A DNA stretch of 57,388 bases, filler included, from Sphacelaria rigidula (lineage: Eukaryota), in assembly GCA_964200075.2 (NCBI GenBank). It is 5 parts of 5 records of this genome, joined end to end, with 100 filler letters (N's around TTAATTAATTAA, not from the genome) between each part and the next. Parts side by side here need not be neighbours in the genome. Positions count along the whole stretch, not along the records: positions 1 to 11,399 come from CAXNAA020004965.1; positions 11,500 to 22,897 come from CAXNAA020004966.1; 3 more parts are not named here. One strand, written 5' to 3'. Below, one piece after another: positions 1 to 11,819 of this stretch. Under the pieces are notes generated by a model. It searched no databases. It was not told where the DNA came from and worked only from the letters and a program-made list of their open reading frames with translations. The stretch's first letter is position 1. Each line of letters starts with the position of its first letter. The translations under genes and the position numbers were made by a program.

Positions 1-1263
1 CAAGGACTGGTCCATATACTCGTACCCGTATCCTACCCGTAAGACCCTAGGTTGGTTTATCTCGTGGTTGTCTCTACAGATGTGCAGTGCAGCGTGGGTG
101 ACGTGAGATTGAAGACAAACTCTAGAGCGTGAAACCGGCCGCCTGAAGTTAGACCAACCCTCTTGATGAACCCCTGCTTGACACTGTCAAGTTCCATGTA
201 GCTACCCCATGCCAAGATTTATAAAACGGGTGGTCCTGCGACAAGCCTTCTAGTGTTTTCGCGTTCAAGGGGATGACGTGAGAGCTGGGCACCGAACACA
301 CACATGAGTGGGGTAGACCTCGGTCGTAGTGTGCGCATTTGGGTGGGGGGCACCCGAACATAAGCCTTTAATGTAAACCCCGGTCAGGACAATCAGAGTT
401 TAGTTTTCATGTACTGGTTAATAGACAGGAAGAACGAAAGCTGTTGTCCTTTCGCCAGTGTGTTCGATACCCTGAGAGTCGTGCGCAGGAAGCGCTGGAG
501 GATACAGGCTGTGTTGTCGTGTAAGGCTCGACTCAAGTGGGTAAGAGCATTGGTTTGGAGACGCGGGACGCGATCTACTCTCTGCTTGGTACGCCATCAT
601 CTGAACATATTTTGTATCACACACAAGGCGTGCATCCTCCTAGTGTCCGCTTTGCACCAGGGTACTGGAATGGTATCGCATTTTCTCGTGTTTAAGTGGA
701 AGTTCCCCTTCCCCTCCCAGATCTGCATCTCCGCTGAGTCTGTTGCAGAGAGATCGTTGTTGAAACCTATTCTCATGCTTTCAGCGAAGCAAAATCCCAG
801 TACCGCCCCAAACACCCCAGTGCACACACACGGCCCTCAACGAGGTTTTGCTAACGACACGGCACTCGGCGTCTCTCAACACCGAACAAATCTCCCTTGG
901 TCCACCCGTCTAACCAGGCACAAGTCTTGCATTTCGGTCTCACGGGGAGGGCGTGGCCATCCCAGCCGGCATGGACCCTTACTCCAGGATCTGGTTCTCA
1001 CTCTCGTGGGTCTCATCTTCGTCGACGCGTTCTTCGCGACCTTGTCCCAACTCTGGGTACGACGGCATACCTGCAGGGTTCAGCTTTGCCCTCATGACAA
1101 GTGGAGACGTAATTGGACAGGCCCTCGTCACTACCTGAAGCAGAAAAAGCTCCGGTGGAGGTTGCCTTCAGTACTGCAGGAGCCAGACATTGCTCTGGAT
1201 TGTTGTTGCTGTTGTTGTGTGTTACTTTTTGATGAGTGCATATGCTACGTATACTCAAGGAGG

Positions 1264-2405
1264 TGGGCATTAGCTCCGTAAGCGCGCTTAAGGTTTAGCT
1301 TAGTATGGTGTTCGCGAGCTTGAATAAGCTTTTTTTTCGAAAATCTTGAAGAGAGCTTGAAATTTTTGAAAAGCTTACGATGTGCTCGAAACGCGCATAA
1401 AATTGCGATATTTATTCATGCGCCTATTGCGACCAGTGTACCAGCTGCTTGAAAGTGCCCCCTACGGCCTATGCCATGGCTCGTCACTCGTTATTCGTCA
1501 CCAGACACACTTCAACACTCGATACTCCAAACTGGTATGGCTGCAGGTCTGATCCGAATAACGTTTCTGTTTGTGTTTCACATATTTGATATTGTGTTGA
1601 CTTGAAAGATGTAATCAATATTTTGTACAATAGTTGTGCCATGGGGCCCATTCTACATTGCACAGCGTACAACCCACAGCATTAGCTCATCGACTTCGTG
1701 TTCATCAAGCAGCATACAGGCTACACCGGGGAAGAGGTCCGCCAGCTCGCTGTTTTTCCCTTCGTGACCCCCGAGGTCATGGCGGGCCTTTTGTCCGAAA
1801 AGGATGATTTATTGGTCGCGGCCTCGGGCGCGACTCAAATGACGGTTTGCTGTCGTTTTGGGACGATAACACCCACTTGATATCTCGTGGCGATGGATAT
1901 CGTACTTATTCAGCCATCGTCCACGTTTATGGAACGAGTGTTTTCTTCGAACGAGTGTTTTCTTCGAACGAGTGTTTTCTTCGAACGAGTGTTTTCTTCG
2001 AGCGAGTGTTTTCTTCGAGGGGGTGTTTGGACTCCAGCCAGGAGAGGGCGTTAGGTGACCGGATCGAAGCCGCGGTTAAACTCAACTATGATTGGTAACG
2101 GCAATTCGATAAGAATTTCAATTTCGACTGATGGTAGATGACGGGGGGGGCGGGGGCGATAACTTGTAACTTAGAGCTTGCCGGGCGAGAGGCCAAAAGC
2201 TGCAACACCCTGTGTCCAGAGGCTGCAATGACCCACTGTTTATCGTGTGTCATGAGTGTACGTCGTGCGGACACGTTATTTCGATTGGTGGTTTGGGGTG
2301 GCGTGATCGGAGAAGAGTCCTAGTTTTGAAACAAGGGGGGAAAGCCCATTGAAAAAAAATGGAGCTTAGTTTTTCGAAAAAACGGGCTTACGGAGCTCAT
2401 GCCTA
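1264..2405 (+). mobile_element. Internally deleted hAT-like DNA transposon with 20-bp TIRs
   Basis: Left end TGGGCATTAGCTCCGTAAGC (1264-1283) matches the reverse complement of 2386-2405 at 18/20. GGAGG lies directly outside both ends. The interior (~1700-2098) encodes a frameshifted hAT C-terminal dimerisation region (FW...IVLIQPSSTFMERVFS...CLDSSQERALGDRIEAAVKLNY). Confidence 0.75.
1932..2016 (+). repeat. 17-bp tandem repeat x5 (GAACGAGTGTTTTCTTC)
   Basis: Four identical copies plus one with a single substitution, read directly from the sequence. Confidence 0.95.
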
Positions 2406-2902
2406 GGAGGGGTGAGAGGAGGCAGCCGTGGCTTCTTTTTTGTTCACACTTTGATAGTAACTCCTTTTTTCCCGCACATGTACGGATGTGCCCTCTTGTC
2501 ATATTTGCATACGGTCTAATGCTGTGTCCCGTCTGTCGCGATTTTTGCGGCCCGCTAAATATCGTTTACAGCTTCCATAAACTACGTTGTTGGGGGTTGG
2601 CCGGGCTTTTTTTGCGGAATGTTCTCGAAGATTATTCCGAAATGGCCATCACTTCACGCGCTATTTGTTAAGGAAATATCTTGGCTGTGGAAGTACCCCG
2701 TGTTTTGTGTCCAGTTGAACGTGCATGCGCGTGTAAAGTACATGATGTTGCACTATTCTGGCGCTGCGGTAGCCGTAGTGTTGGCTCGCCACTTATGCTT
2801 TCCCGTGCAGTTGGCGCCGGAGCAATTTGCAGTCGTGCACACCCTGTACAATAGACATGGCAATGGTCTATTGCTGCACAAATAGCTACGGTGATCATAT
2901 CG

Positions 2903-3141
2903 ATTTCCATTGCTGGTAACTAAGTACTGGGTGATGTTCTCATCGATACAGCATACATATATACTGGCAATGATGTGTGAAATATTACACCGATGTGCAC
3001 TTGTCGGTAACGACAAATTTCGGTTCGTGCCACCGATACACATCGTCCACGCAAATGGACAATGATAGATTCATGTCAATACACGTTCTTCTTCGCCATG
3101 GATTCCGCAAAATTCCATCAATATAAATGGTCAGTGATAAT
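2903..3141 (+). repeat. ~240-bp direct repeat, copy 1
   Basis: Collinear with 6229-6467; shared stretches include GTACTGGGTGATGTTCTCATCGATA and TCAATATAAATGGTCAGTGA. Confidence 0.85.
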
Positions 3142-3639
3142 GAATTTTCGGAAGATTCCATCGGCATACATGGCCAACGGCAAGAGATTTTGGTATTGTC
3201 TACCGATAGACATGGCGGGTAGCGATAGATTATGGACTTCTCCGTCAATATGCATGGTCCATGCCAATATATTTCAAGGGGTCTCGCCAATGTACACTGC
3301 GGTAAACGACACCATGCGAGAAAATCGGACAAGGTAGTCAATTCCCATGATGACTCATGCGAACAGGGATTGATTTCAAGTTGTGGCGACTGATGGCATC
3401 GGCAAAGCACCAACGTGATGTATTTGTTGTCTATCGCCGTTCCCAGGGACGACAAGCCGTCTAGTACTACGGGACTTCATCGATATCCAGAGTGTTACAC
3501 CATCAAAGACGCTTGTCGCAGAAGCATCTTTCATTACAACCTGTTTTTGAAGAACCATCACGTTATCAGCACACCATCACTTTACTACATCTCACCTTGT
3601 TTTGTACCCCATGTTTACATCTTGTCACAGTTCGAACCT

Positions 3640-3903
3640 CTCCCCTTCTGCGTGACCAGCCCGGTCTCGAGGGATCAACCCACTTCCCCCTGTTACACAC
3701 CTTGTGTGTTGATCCTGCGTATTGGGTCAGCACTTCCGCACCGCGCGTCAACTCTCGTCAAACAACCTCAGTCAACTACTTTGTTTACTCACGCTCTCAC
3801 GCTTTCCACGGTGGAAATCAATTACTTTGGAGACGCTCAACGCATGGGAATTCGAACCCTCGTTATCTCCACCCTAACGGCGACCACTGGACCGCTAGGG
3901 CGC
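3640..3903 (-). mobile_element. Probable tRNA-derived SINE (second family)
   Basis: Minus strand begins CGCCCTAGCGGTCCAGTGG (A-box-like) ... GAGGGTTCGAATTCCC (B-box). The 3' boundary is approximate. Confidence 0.45.
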
Positions 3904-6122
3904 GACGCCCCTGGTTTCCCATTCGAAATGATGATGAACCCACGCACTGCACCCCGGGGACAGACGAATCCCAACAAGCGAATTCGGAACCGCTTCGTAC
4001 TCGTTCTCCCACGAAAAATCTTCCTCCCCCGTATCCCTCTCGGGCTCGAGAGAGACGTTCAACACCTCAACCTCTTCGAGCATTTTTCTGTCGGTTAACC
4101 GACGTGGCACGGCGTTCGATGCCTGCTCATCCATTAGCTGTGGGATGTCTACAGGAATGTTGTCGAAGAGGCCCCGCAGATGCAAGGCCATTTCGAGATT
4201 GGCGGGGTCGACGCCACCACGCTTACGGGGCTGAAACATTTCCGCGACGCAGAAGTCACGCTCCATTACTCCCGCGGAGGAAGGTGCATCAAACACCGCC
4301 TGCACCAGGGACCGCAGGCGAGGCGATTGTTCTTTGCCGCGGGCCCACCAATAGTCGACGCCGTCCAGTTTTTTCTCCTCTCTCCCGATCTGTAACCCGG
4401 AGCGACGAAAACAAATATGATACTGAACGCATGGCAGTGGGGTACGGTTCGCCAGCGACCTTCACTCTCGCGTCCTATGTTTTTACTGCATTCTCACCAT
4501 GATCACGGTCTGCTTTTTGGTGTGCAATTGAAGTGCTCGGTACATGCGTCTGTGAAGAAAAAAAAATGAATTGTATGCGGTGAAGCAATGGTGATGTGTG
4601 CGTCTTGCCACATTGAAATGCCGGGGGAACAATCCCAATGCTTGGCGTCGCGTTTTTTCTTCATGGGGATGAGTCAAAGGACGGGAAGGTGCGGTGCAGA
4701 AATAGCGATACATCGCAACGCACAACACACTTCGGCGTTTTCCCATGCCATGATGAGATCGCCGGCTTCTTCCTCGGGAGTGGTCTCGGGGGTGCTCGCA
4801 GCTTCCCCCTCCTCGTCGCTGCTAGAGTCCATGATGCCTTCCACGGCGAACTCCTCTCGCCGTGGATCGACAGAGGCGCCGGTGGCGTTTTTTAACCGCT
4901 TCACTACTTGCGACTACACGTCCACCACGACGGGAGCCGTCTTTGGCCTGGCCCTGCTCTCAGTGATCGCTCCCGCGAGGAGATCCTCCACCTGGCCAAA
5001 CATTATTGACTTTACGTCCTCTACTGACCTTGTGAAGCCCCCAGCGTTCCGACGGTCGAATTCTTCAGCCTCTTGAGATAATTAAGACAACGCCCGCCCG
5101 GAGTGAAGAACATGACTGTAATGCGTGAGAGGACCGCGTGCTTAAAGGACCGCGCCGTAGTTCAAAACGCCTCAGGATCGACGTTTTTCAAAACCAATCG
5201 GATCAGTCTCTGGAGGTACCACGCCCCTGATCTCAACCCCAACACTAACCCTAACCCTAACCCTAACCATAGGAATGTTCAAATTCCGATGCGGTCCTCT
5301 AAGCACGCGGTCCTCTCACGCATTACAATGACTATGTCATACCTATGGCTGTGAGACGAGAGGCCTTTCCCATAACGCGGTGATGCAAACCGCCTGGCCA
5401 AGCCCCGTGCAAACGCCTCGCGAGTGGCTTTCGCGACACTTGTCAAGTCGGCGGAGGGTCGTACCCCCTCTGGTTTCACGTCCTCTTTACCCTTCCCGAC
5501 TGCCCGCACATGCCTCCCCTTGAGTGGATATTCCGGGTCCAAGGCGGTGGTGGCGATTAGGACCAGGCGTTGTAGTCCACTCTGCGCGGTTGACTCGTAC
5601 GTCGTTTGTGAGTACACGGTTACCCCCTTCACCTCATTGACGATGCTGTATACCTCCTCGACCTGAAAACATAACATTGTTGTTAAGCGGACTAAACAGG
5701 CGTTCAGTGATGCTCGAACAAGACAGCAATCTTGTCATGACTCAATTAAGGAGAGGGGCAGGATGAGGATGTCGCCACCACGGTGGGTGGGGGTGTTCCA
5801 AGAATCACGGGTCACATCGATCACGCTTTGTCAACCTATAGCGGCCAGCGTCCGCGAAACATTGCAACAGCAAGTTGGTATCTGCGCCGCCGATATACCA
5901 GGCACCGACACACCGATCTTCGGTTCACCTCGCCCTTCTTGCCCGTCAAGGGAAAGGGTTTCTCCTTGGCTAAATGTAAAATGTCCTCAGGGCCTCCCAT
6001 CTCTCCAGGACACGCAACAGCATCTGGCAGAAGCTGATCCAGCGCTGGGCAACGGCTTGCGACAGCTTTGCCTTGGAGCCCTCTTCTCCCGACATTTCGT
6101 CGATGATATGCTCCAGGGCAAT
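3895..6122 (-). pseudogene. Intron-containing hAT transposase, C-terminal half (exons ~6122-5929, 5662-4731, 4389-3895)
   Basis: Spliced translation gives KLSQAVAQRWISF (RW motif), YDIVMFFTPGGR (LDPR-like region) and DYWWARG...PSSAGVMERDF...RKRGGVDPANLEMAL (dimerisation domain with catalytic E). GT-AG boundaries are present. Disrupted by stops, frameshifts and a MITE insertion. Confidence 0.8.
5117..5327. mobile_element. MITE with TGT...ACA ends, 37-bp TIRs, 5-bp TSD and internal telomere-like repeats
   Basis: 5117-5153 is inverted against 5291-5327. ATGAC is duplicated at 5112-5116 and 5328-5332. (CTAACC)4 lies at 5245-5268. Confidence 0.85.
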
Positions 6123-6228
6123 CTGCTCATAACAGTGGTTACGCGCAGAGGAATTCCATGAAAAAAACAGAGGAGTCAGCGTCGAGGCACTTCAGTGATG
6201 AGGTTGTGCAGACGCATCCCGTGGCCAT

Positions 6229-6467
6229 ATCCATTGCTGGAAACAACGTACTGGGTGATGTTCTCATCGATATACATCTTTACTGGCAACGATGTGTGGA
6301 ATATTACACCGATGTGCAGTTGTCGGTAACGATAAATTTCGGTTCATGCCACCGATACACATCGTTCATGCAAATGGACAATGAAATTTTCATATCCATA
6401 TACACTGCCCTTCGCCATAGATTCCGCAAAATTCTATCAATATAAATGGTCAGTGACAATGGATTAT
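6229..6467 (+). repeat. ~240-bp direct repeat, copy 2
   Basis: Collinear with 2903-3141. Confidence 0.85.
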
Positions 6468-6943
6468 GGTGTTTCTTGTCAATACACATGGTCACCAGCA
6501 ATGGATTTTAACTCATCGTGTCAATACACACGGTCAGGGCAATAGACGGAGAAATTTCATCGTTGATAGCCATTACGATCGGGAATATACTCGTCTATTA
6601 CGGTGAACTATATTGCTACCACAATATATGCCTTCTATTGTCCAGGGTGTGATGGTGTACAGCTATACTGTGATGCCCTTGGTTTTTCGGCGCGTACTGA
6701 GCATCATAGCATGGATGGAACATGACACACATGAGAGCACAGCATTGGCTGAGAATGTTGAGGTAACTTTCGATGCTGCGGCGAAAGGAATATGATGTTC
6801 GTTTTTTTCGTCATATTGGTGAAGAACATCGAACATTGTTTAGGGTCTTGCAGGAATTTAGTCGGCGGACAGCATAAACAGTAGTTGCTGCAGGGGCACG
6901 TGCGCCACGGCGTACTGTACGTTCCACGAGCGGACTGTTGGTA

Positions 6944-7051
6944 TGTCACAGATACCACTGAGATAAACAGCCAGCGCTGACTATTTAGCTCAGTGACTGT
7001 TTAGCTCAGTGGTCATCTCCGTGACTGTTCAGCTCAGTCGTATCTGTGACA
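6944..7051. mobile_element. Short TIR element / hairpin
   Basis: TGTCACAGATACCACTGAG ... CTCAGTCGTATCTGTGACA, flanked by TA on both sides, with internal repeats of GACTGTTTAGCTCAGT. Confidence 0.6.
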
Positions 7052-7709
7052 TAAGAAGATGGGCATTTGTCTATGGAAGCAGTGACGAGTGATCAGTTCA
7101 GTGGTGAAACGCACGTACAAAACATTAGATATTGCGTGTGCCCCGCGAGAGCGTGACACATCACAGATTTCCACAATCCACATCACATATTTCGTTCGGG
7201 AAGCCGACACTTCGCAACCGAACCAGTTGGCACTGACACTGGCCTGGTAATGTACCCCTGTAAAACTCACAATTTTGTTGTCATGTAGGCACGCACGGAA
7301 CTTGTCTACTTACGTGCACAGGCAATATCGGCTGTACTGTAGACCGACGCAGAAGTATAGTACACGGAGTTTTTGCAGCCCTCTTGCGCTCGTTGCGATT
7401 TACAAGACAGCCCGAGTCCCAGACAGCCTGTGTGTGAGCTACCGTGACGACCTCGTTGTGCTGTTGGTGTCGTGATGGCAACGTGTGAACGTGTTGTGAG
7501 TGCTGTCTTTCAGGGCACTCGTCCCCACGTTGCTTTCTGTTGTTGTGTGTGAAGTTCAACACGCTGAATACATGTCTTTCGGTCTTCCGTCGTCCTCTCG
7601 ATGATCTTTGATCGTAGCCGTTTGCCCTCCCATATCTGCATATTGTTCGCAATCCCACTTTGTGCATCCGGCAGTCGCGAAGTCAACTTGGCGAAAGACG
7701 AGTCGTTAT

Positions 7710-10017
7710 AAGGATGACAAGGTGTATAAAGACGACCCGGCGCGGTTTTTGCTCCTGTAATACGTCATGACGCACGTTATCCTGGGCATGCTGGCATTCA
7801 ACTTCATGGTCAACGAGCACCGTCGACGCTTCTACCGAACCATGACCACTGATGTCGACACAGACCAGCTCAACGACAAGAGGGTGAGCGCGAAGAGTCC
7901 GCGAGCAGTGCAGGACTGGCGGCCTTCAATAGGCTTGCCACTTTGGCGGTGCGCTGACTTTGAGCCGGGTTGTATTGCACTAAACCGGCAAGTGATTTTG
8001 CTATTGCTGAAATACAAACATGCATGCATCTTCGTCGCCGACCCACCGCATCACAGGTGAAGCACGCTGTGATCGAGATGTATGCTGCAACCCTCGGAAC
8101 CTTCACAGACACCATACTGACCACAGTACGCGCGTCCCTTCTGCCGATCGTGTACATCATTCTCGATCTCTGAAAGAGGAAGGTGTCCGAGAACAAATAC
8201 CTCGGCGAGTGGTGATCGAATGCACTGACGCTCACGGATGATATACATGGCGTGAGGGATATTCCTGCATCCCAGGGGGGGCGTCCTCATTTGTTGCTCG
8301 CCTTAGTCGTCTGACCATTGACCACGTATCCTTCTCGAGACGGAGCATCGTTCCACGGTTAGGATGAATGATCACGACTACGAATCACCAAATCCACGGT
8401 TTCTTCGGCCTGATTGCCCAAAAGGGAGAGAAGAGTTGACCGCTGGTTCAAGGGGTGTCCACGCAACTTTTGCGCCATTCCACGTGTCTGGGCTNNNNNN
8501 NNNNCTGCGTGTCCCTGGGTTGCAACGCTGAAAACACAGCCTAGGGATTGATTCGTACGATTCGAATCAAACATACTAAAATCAAGTTATTTCCAGACGA
8601 CTCATTATTTGTCCGATCCTTGCACTGTTCCTACTCCGAATAGAGATACCTCCAACGTTTCGGTGCTCATTACGTTTTTTCCATACATTACACGGAAGCT
8701 TTTACATAACGAATGCAGGGGGGAAATATATGAAGATTGAATAGTGACATTTGGGAGAATCACGGATAGGAGGGCTGTTTCACTATTTCGGATATCACAA
8801 TGACTCGAAGTAAGGTATACTCGATATCATGCTTGTAGTGACAGTCTAGGGAACGGGCAGGATTTGAGATGTGGTTCCACTTGTGACGATTTCACACCCT
8901 CGACAAGATATGGTCAGCAGATACAACAGACAAACACGTATTGGTTGAAGTATATGCCGATAGCAAGTATATACTTGAGCGAGTACACGTAATGTATATC
9001 GCACCTGTTGACCGCATTGTCCAGGGTGTGGACGATTTAGATTATGTCAGCTTCTCACACCTGTTCAGCCACACCCGTACCGAAACATCCTGTCTGTATC
9101 GTCGAGGTAGATGGCGTACTTGTGCGACTTCTTGTGGAAAGCAGCACAGGAATGGGCACTTTCTAATGTCTCTTAAATCCCAGAAGCGGAAACCGCACCA
9201 ACTTCCGCTGACTGTCGCGTTGCACCGGCACGTAGGTGTACGAGTGTTTTACCTCGACGACGCCATGATTCTTTGCACGCATCTTTTCGCCGTGAAAATA
9301 TTCCGCCCTCATCCGTCGATCACGCAGAAGATCACGGGCGAGACGGTGTGGAAGTGGGTTGTCCGAGCTCTCCGTCAATTCGGCCTCACTGAGAAAGATA
9401 TCGCCGGGGCCGTCACAGATGCTGGCCCGGACGTGGAAAGTGGGGCGGCGAAGAAAGTATCATGGGAGTGGTGCATTCCTCACCTTTCGAACCGGGTGAC
9501 GAAAGATGGGACAGGAATGGCTCTAGCAAAGAAGAACTCGAAAATCCGGCAGTGCCGGGCTTTGATCGAGGCAGTGAAGAGTGTCATTGAGCACTCCAAC
9601 AAGTCGGACACGTCAAAGGTGAGCCCATGGGTTATGACACATGTATGTGTCAATTTGTATAACCGCGTCCGATGCTGGCCGTACGCAGAGGCAACAGTAG
9701 GTGCCCGCGGGTCCGTCGTCGACATTTTCCGTCCACTGACAAGATATGCCGGTTCCTGGACCCTCTTTCGGGTGATTATAATATATATCGAGTCTGACGC
9801 AACAACAGTTGCATCATTCGCTCATCAGGTAGCCCTGCAGGAGAACATCAAAGCTGCCGGAGGAGTCACGAAGTCGAAGCTGCGACAGGCTGCGCCCCAT
9901 CGGTGGACGAGCTTGTCCACAACGTAACGCGGCTTTCTGGGGAAGTGGGAGTTCATCGAGATGGTTTATCTTGAAAAGCTGAAAAAAGTATTTCCTTTGG
10001 GGGAAAAGAAGGCCGAG
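7710..10017 (+). pseudogene. Intron-containing hAT transposase, N-terminal/catalytic half (exons ~7710-7883, 8057-8204, 9236-9618, 9829-10017)
   Basis: Spliced translation has ILDL*K...KYLG (first catalytic D, decayed DxW), AVTDAG (second D), WCIPH (CxxH) and HRWTS (RW). Splice phases are consistent and there are several in-frame stops. One donor reads GC. Confidence 0.85.
8388..8620 (+). repeat. Dispersed repeat family (also ~49260-49480 +, ~37660-37750 -, ~57140-57200 -)
   Basis: Shared core TCCACGCAA(C/T)TTTTGCGCCATTCCACGTG(T/C)CTGGGCT and collinear flanks. Confidence 0.7.
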
Positions 10018-11245
10018 GTGAGCAACCAATACCCGGAGCCCCACTGCAGCAGCACTGTAGACGACGCGCCGCTCAATTAATAATCAACGTCGACAGTTGG
10101 TGTCAGCATCTTCGTGAGAACTTCATGGCGTCACGAGATGAGGGAAGCTTAGTCAACGTCTGTCAGTCGATGTTGGTGTTCACTTCGCAGAGGGCAATTT
10201 TTTATAGTTTTTTTCCCGTTCTTAACGCGTCACGGTGAACGTTTGATCCTCAAATATTTCTCCGACAGGAATATGGTCACACCCGCTGCATCCTTCAGAA
10301 ACAATCGTTCCTGGAACCGATGCCTAGCGAGTGACGGGCTGATCAGTATTCGAGGGCTCTGCGCCCACACAGATACAGATTCCGACTGCACGGTGTTTCT
10401 GACGGGTTCAACCAAATCCCGATCGATTTTGTGGACACTTGAAACAAGCTATCTTTTCATGTTCTACCTTATTTGTGTGTGAAGGAAAACCTGTGGTTTT
10501 TGGTCCAGTCACGACCGATAGCACCCTCCTGACAGACGACATGTTTATTCCGTATCGCCGAAACATCAACTTGAGGAAAACCTTTTGATCACTTGTTCCA
10601 TTCCCCTAAGGAAACGGTGCTAGCGCTTCCGAGTGTTCCACGAACATGAATATGCATTCAAGGAACCCCGGACGAATGAAAAGCAAAAATTCGAGGGAGT
10701 GTTACCGTGCCTCCACGCCAGTTTTTGGTGAAACAGAACACAGTTTTGCGGGTTCAGTGAGATGTAGAGCACGGGATGCACATTTTTCTGCAACCATCGA
10801 AGAATGATCGGGATAACTTCTCCTCACGTACTGTGCATATCTCAGTTTAGCGATTTCCGTCCTTGTTTTTTGTTTTGTTCTTCTTGCATACTTTTTCACG
10901 CAGGACACTTCAAAGTGCTAGGAGCTGGTCCAGCCTAGGACCGGATTTGAGCTCTCACATCAATATCTCATGAAATCGAGCCGCGATCCTCATATGTTGT
11001 CAGTCGTCTCATCGAAGAAAAGATGCCCATCTACTCAAGAGTCTAAGCCAGTTTATTCTCGTTAACTCAACGCCATGTCAAGTAATTCCTGATTTATATA
11101 GTATATATATATATAAACGGTGCATTCTCGAAAATGGGGTTGAAGAAAAACAATGGGGTTCGACTCAAAAGCCATGCTTTCCCTGACCTAAATTCATGAC
11201 AAATGACTCTCATATGGACGACCTCATCCCTCCCGACCCCCCTTA

Positions 11246-11398
11246 AACTGTTCCAGGGGATTTTTAGCCTTCCGTTTTCCCGAAGGGTAAGTGCGAAAGC
11301 ACACGTTTGCCTCGATCTCGGGCTTTTTGTCCCCAAAATCGTGCTTTCGCACATACTCTTTGGGGGGACGGAAGGCTAGAAATCCCTCGAAATAGTTT
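11246..11398. repeat. Inverted repeat (~55-bp arms), MITE-like, cut by the scaffold end
   Basis: TAGCCTTCCGT...GTGCGAAAGCAC is inverted against GTGCTTTCGCAC...ACGGAAGGCTA. Confidence 0.6.
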
Positions 11399-11399
11399 C

Positions 11400-11499
11400 N
11401 NNNNNNNNNNNNNNNNNNNNNNNNNNNNNNNNNNNNNNNNNNNTTAATTAATTAANNNNNNNNNNNNNNNNNNNNNNNNNNNNNNNNNNNNNNNNNNNN
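11400..11499. other. Artificial scaffold linker
   Basis: N44-TTAATTAATTAA-N44, which places stops in all six frames. Confidence 0.98.
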
Positions 11500-11702
11500 T
11501 CTCTTCCGCTGCCGGCCGCAGCGCGTGCGTCGCGCACACCGTGCGCGGGCCCCCCCTGCGAGCAGGAGGCGCGGGGGGGGGGGGGGGGGAGGCGGGTTGA
11601 GACTACGTACGAACTCTATCCGAGGAAGGTGAGTAGTGGAGAGTTCCGCCGAAGATGAGTAAATAGCTCACATGACAAGAAAAAAAAAACGGGTACGCCC
11701 AC

Positions 11703-11819
11703 CTTCGTTCTAGGATCTCCGGGTCTGTGATGCGTGTGTTGGTCATGTGAGTGTGCACGCCACTGCAGCCAGACCAGGTGGGGCCCGCTCCCGCCCCACC
11801 CGCGATGGTTTCGTAGTAC
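11703..11819 (-). CDS. OPLAH: 5-oxoprolinase (hydantoinase B domain) exon
   Basis: [39 protein letters not shown], a hallmark eukaryotic oxoprolinase motif. CAG acceptor, GT donor, phase matches the 14100 exon. Confidence 0.95.

Noticed and set aside
409-1281. 290-aa plus-strand ORF as a gene
   Set aside because: No recognisable motifs, includes a TGT microsatellite, and is better explained as the antisense shadow of a decayed minus-strand frame.
3415-4502. 227-aa and 336-aa plus-strand ORFs
   Set aside because: They lie antisense to the hAT C-terminal exon and a SINE.
8941-9927. 328-aa ORF as an intact transposase
   Set aside because: It reads through intron sequence; the spliced gene has in-frame stops and no C-terminal half.
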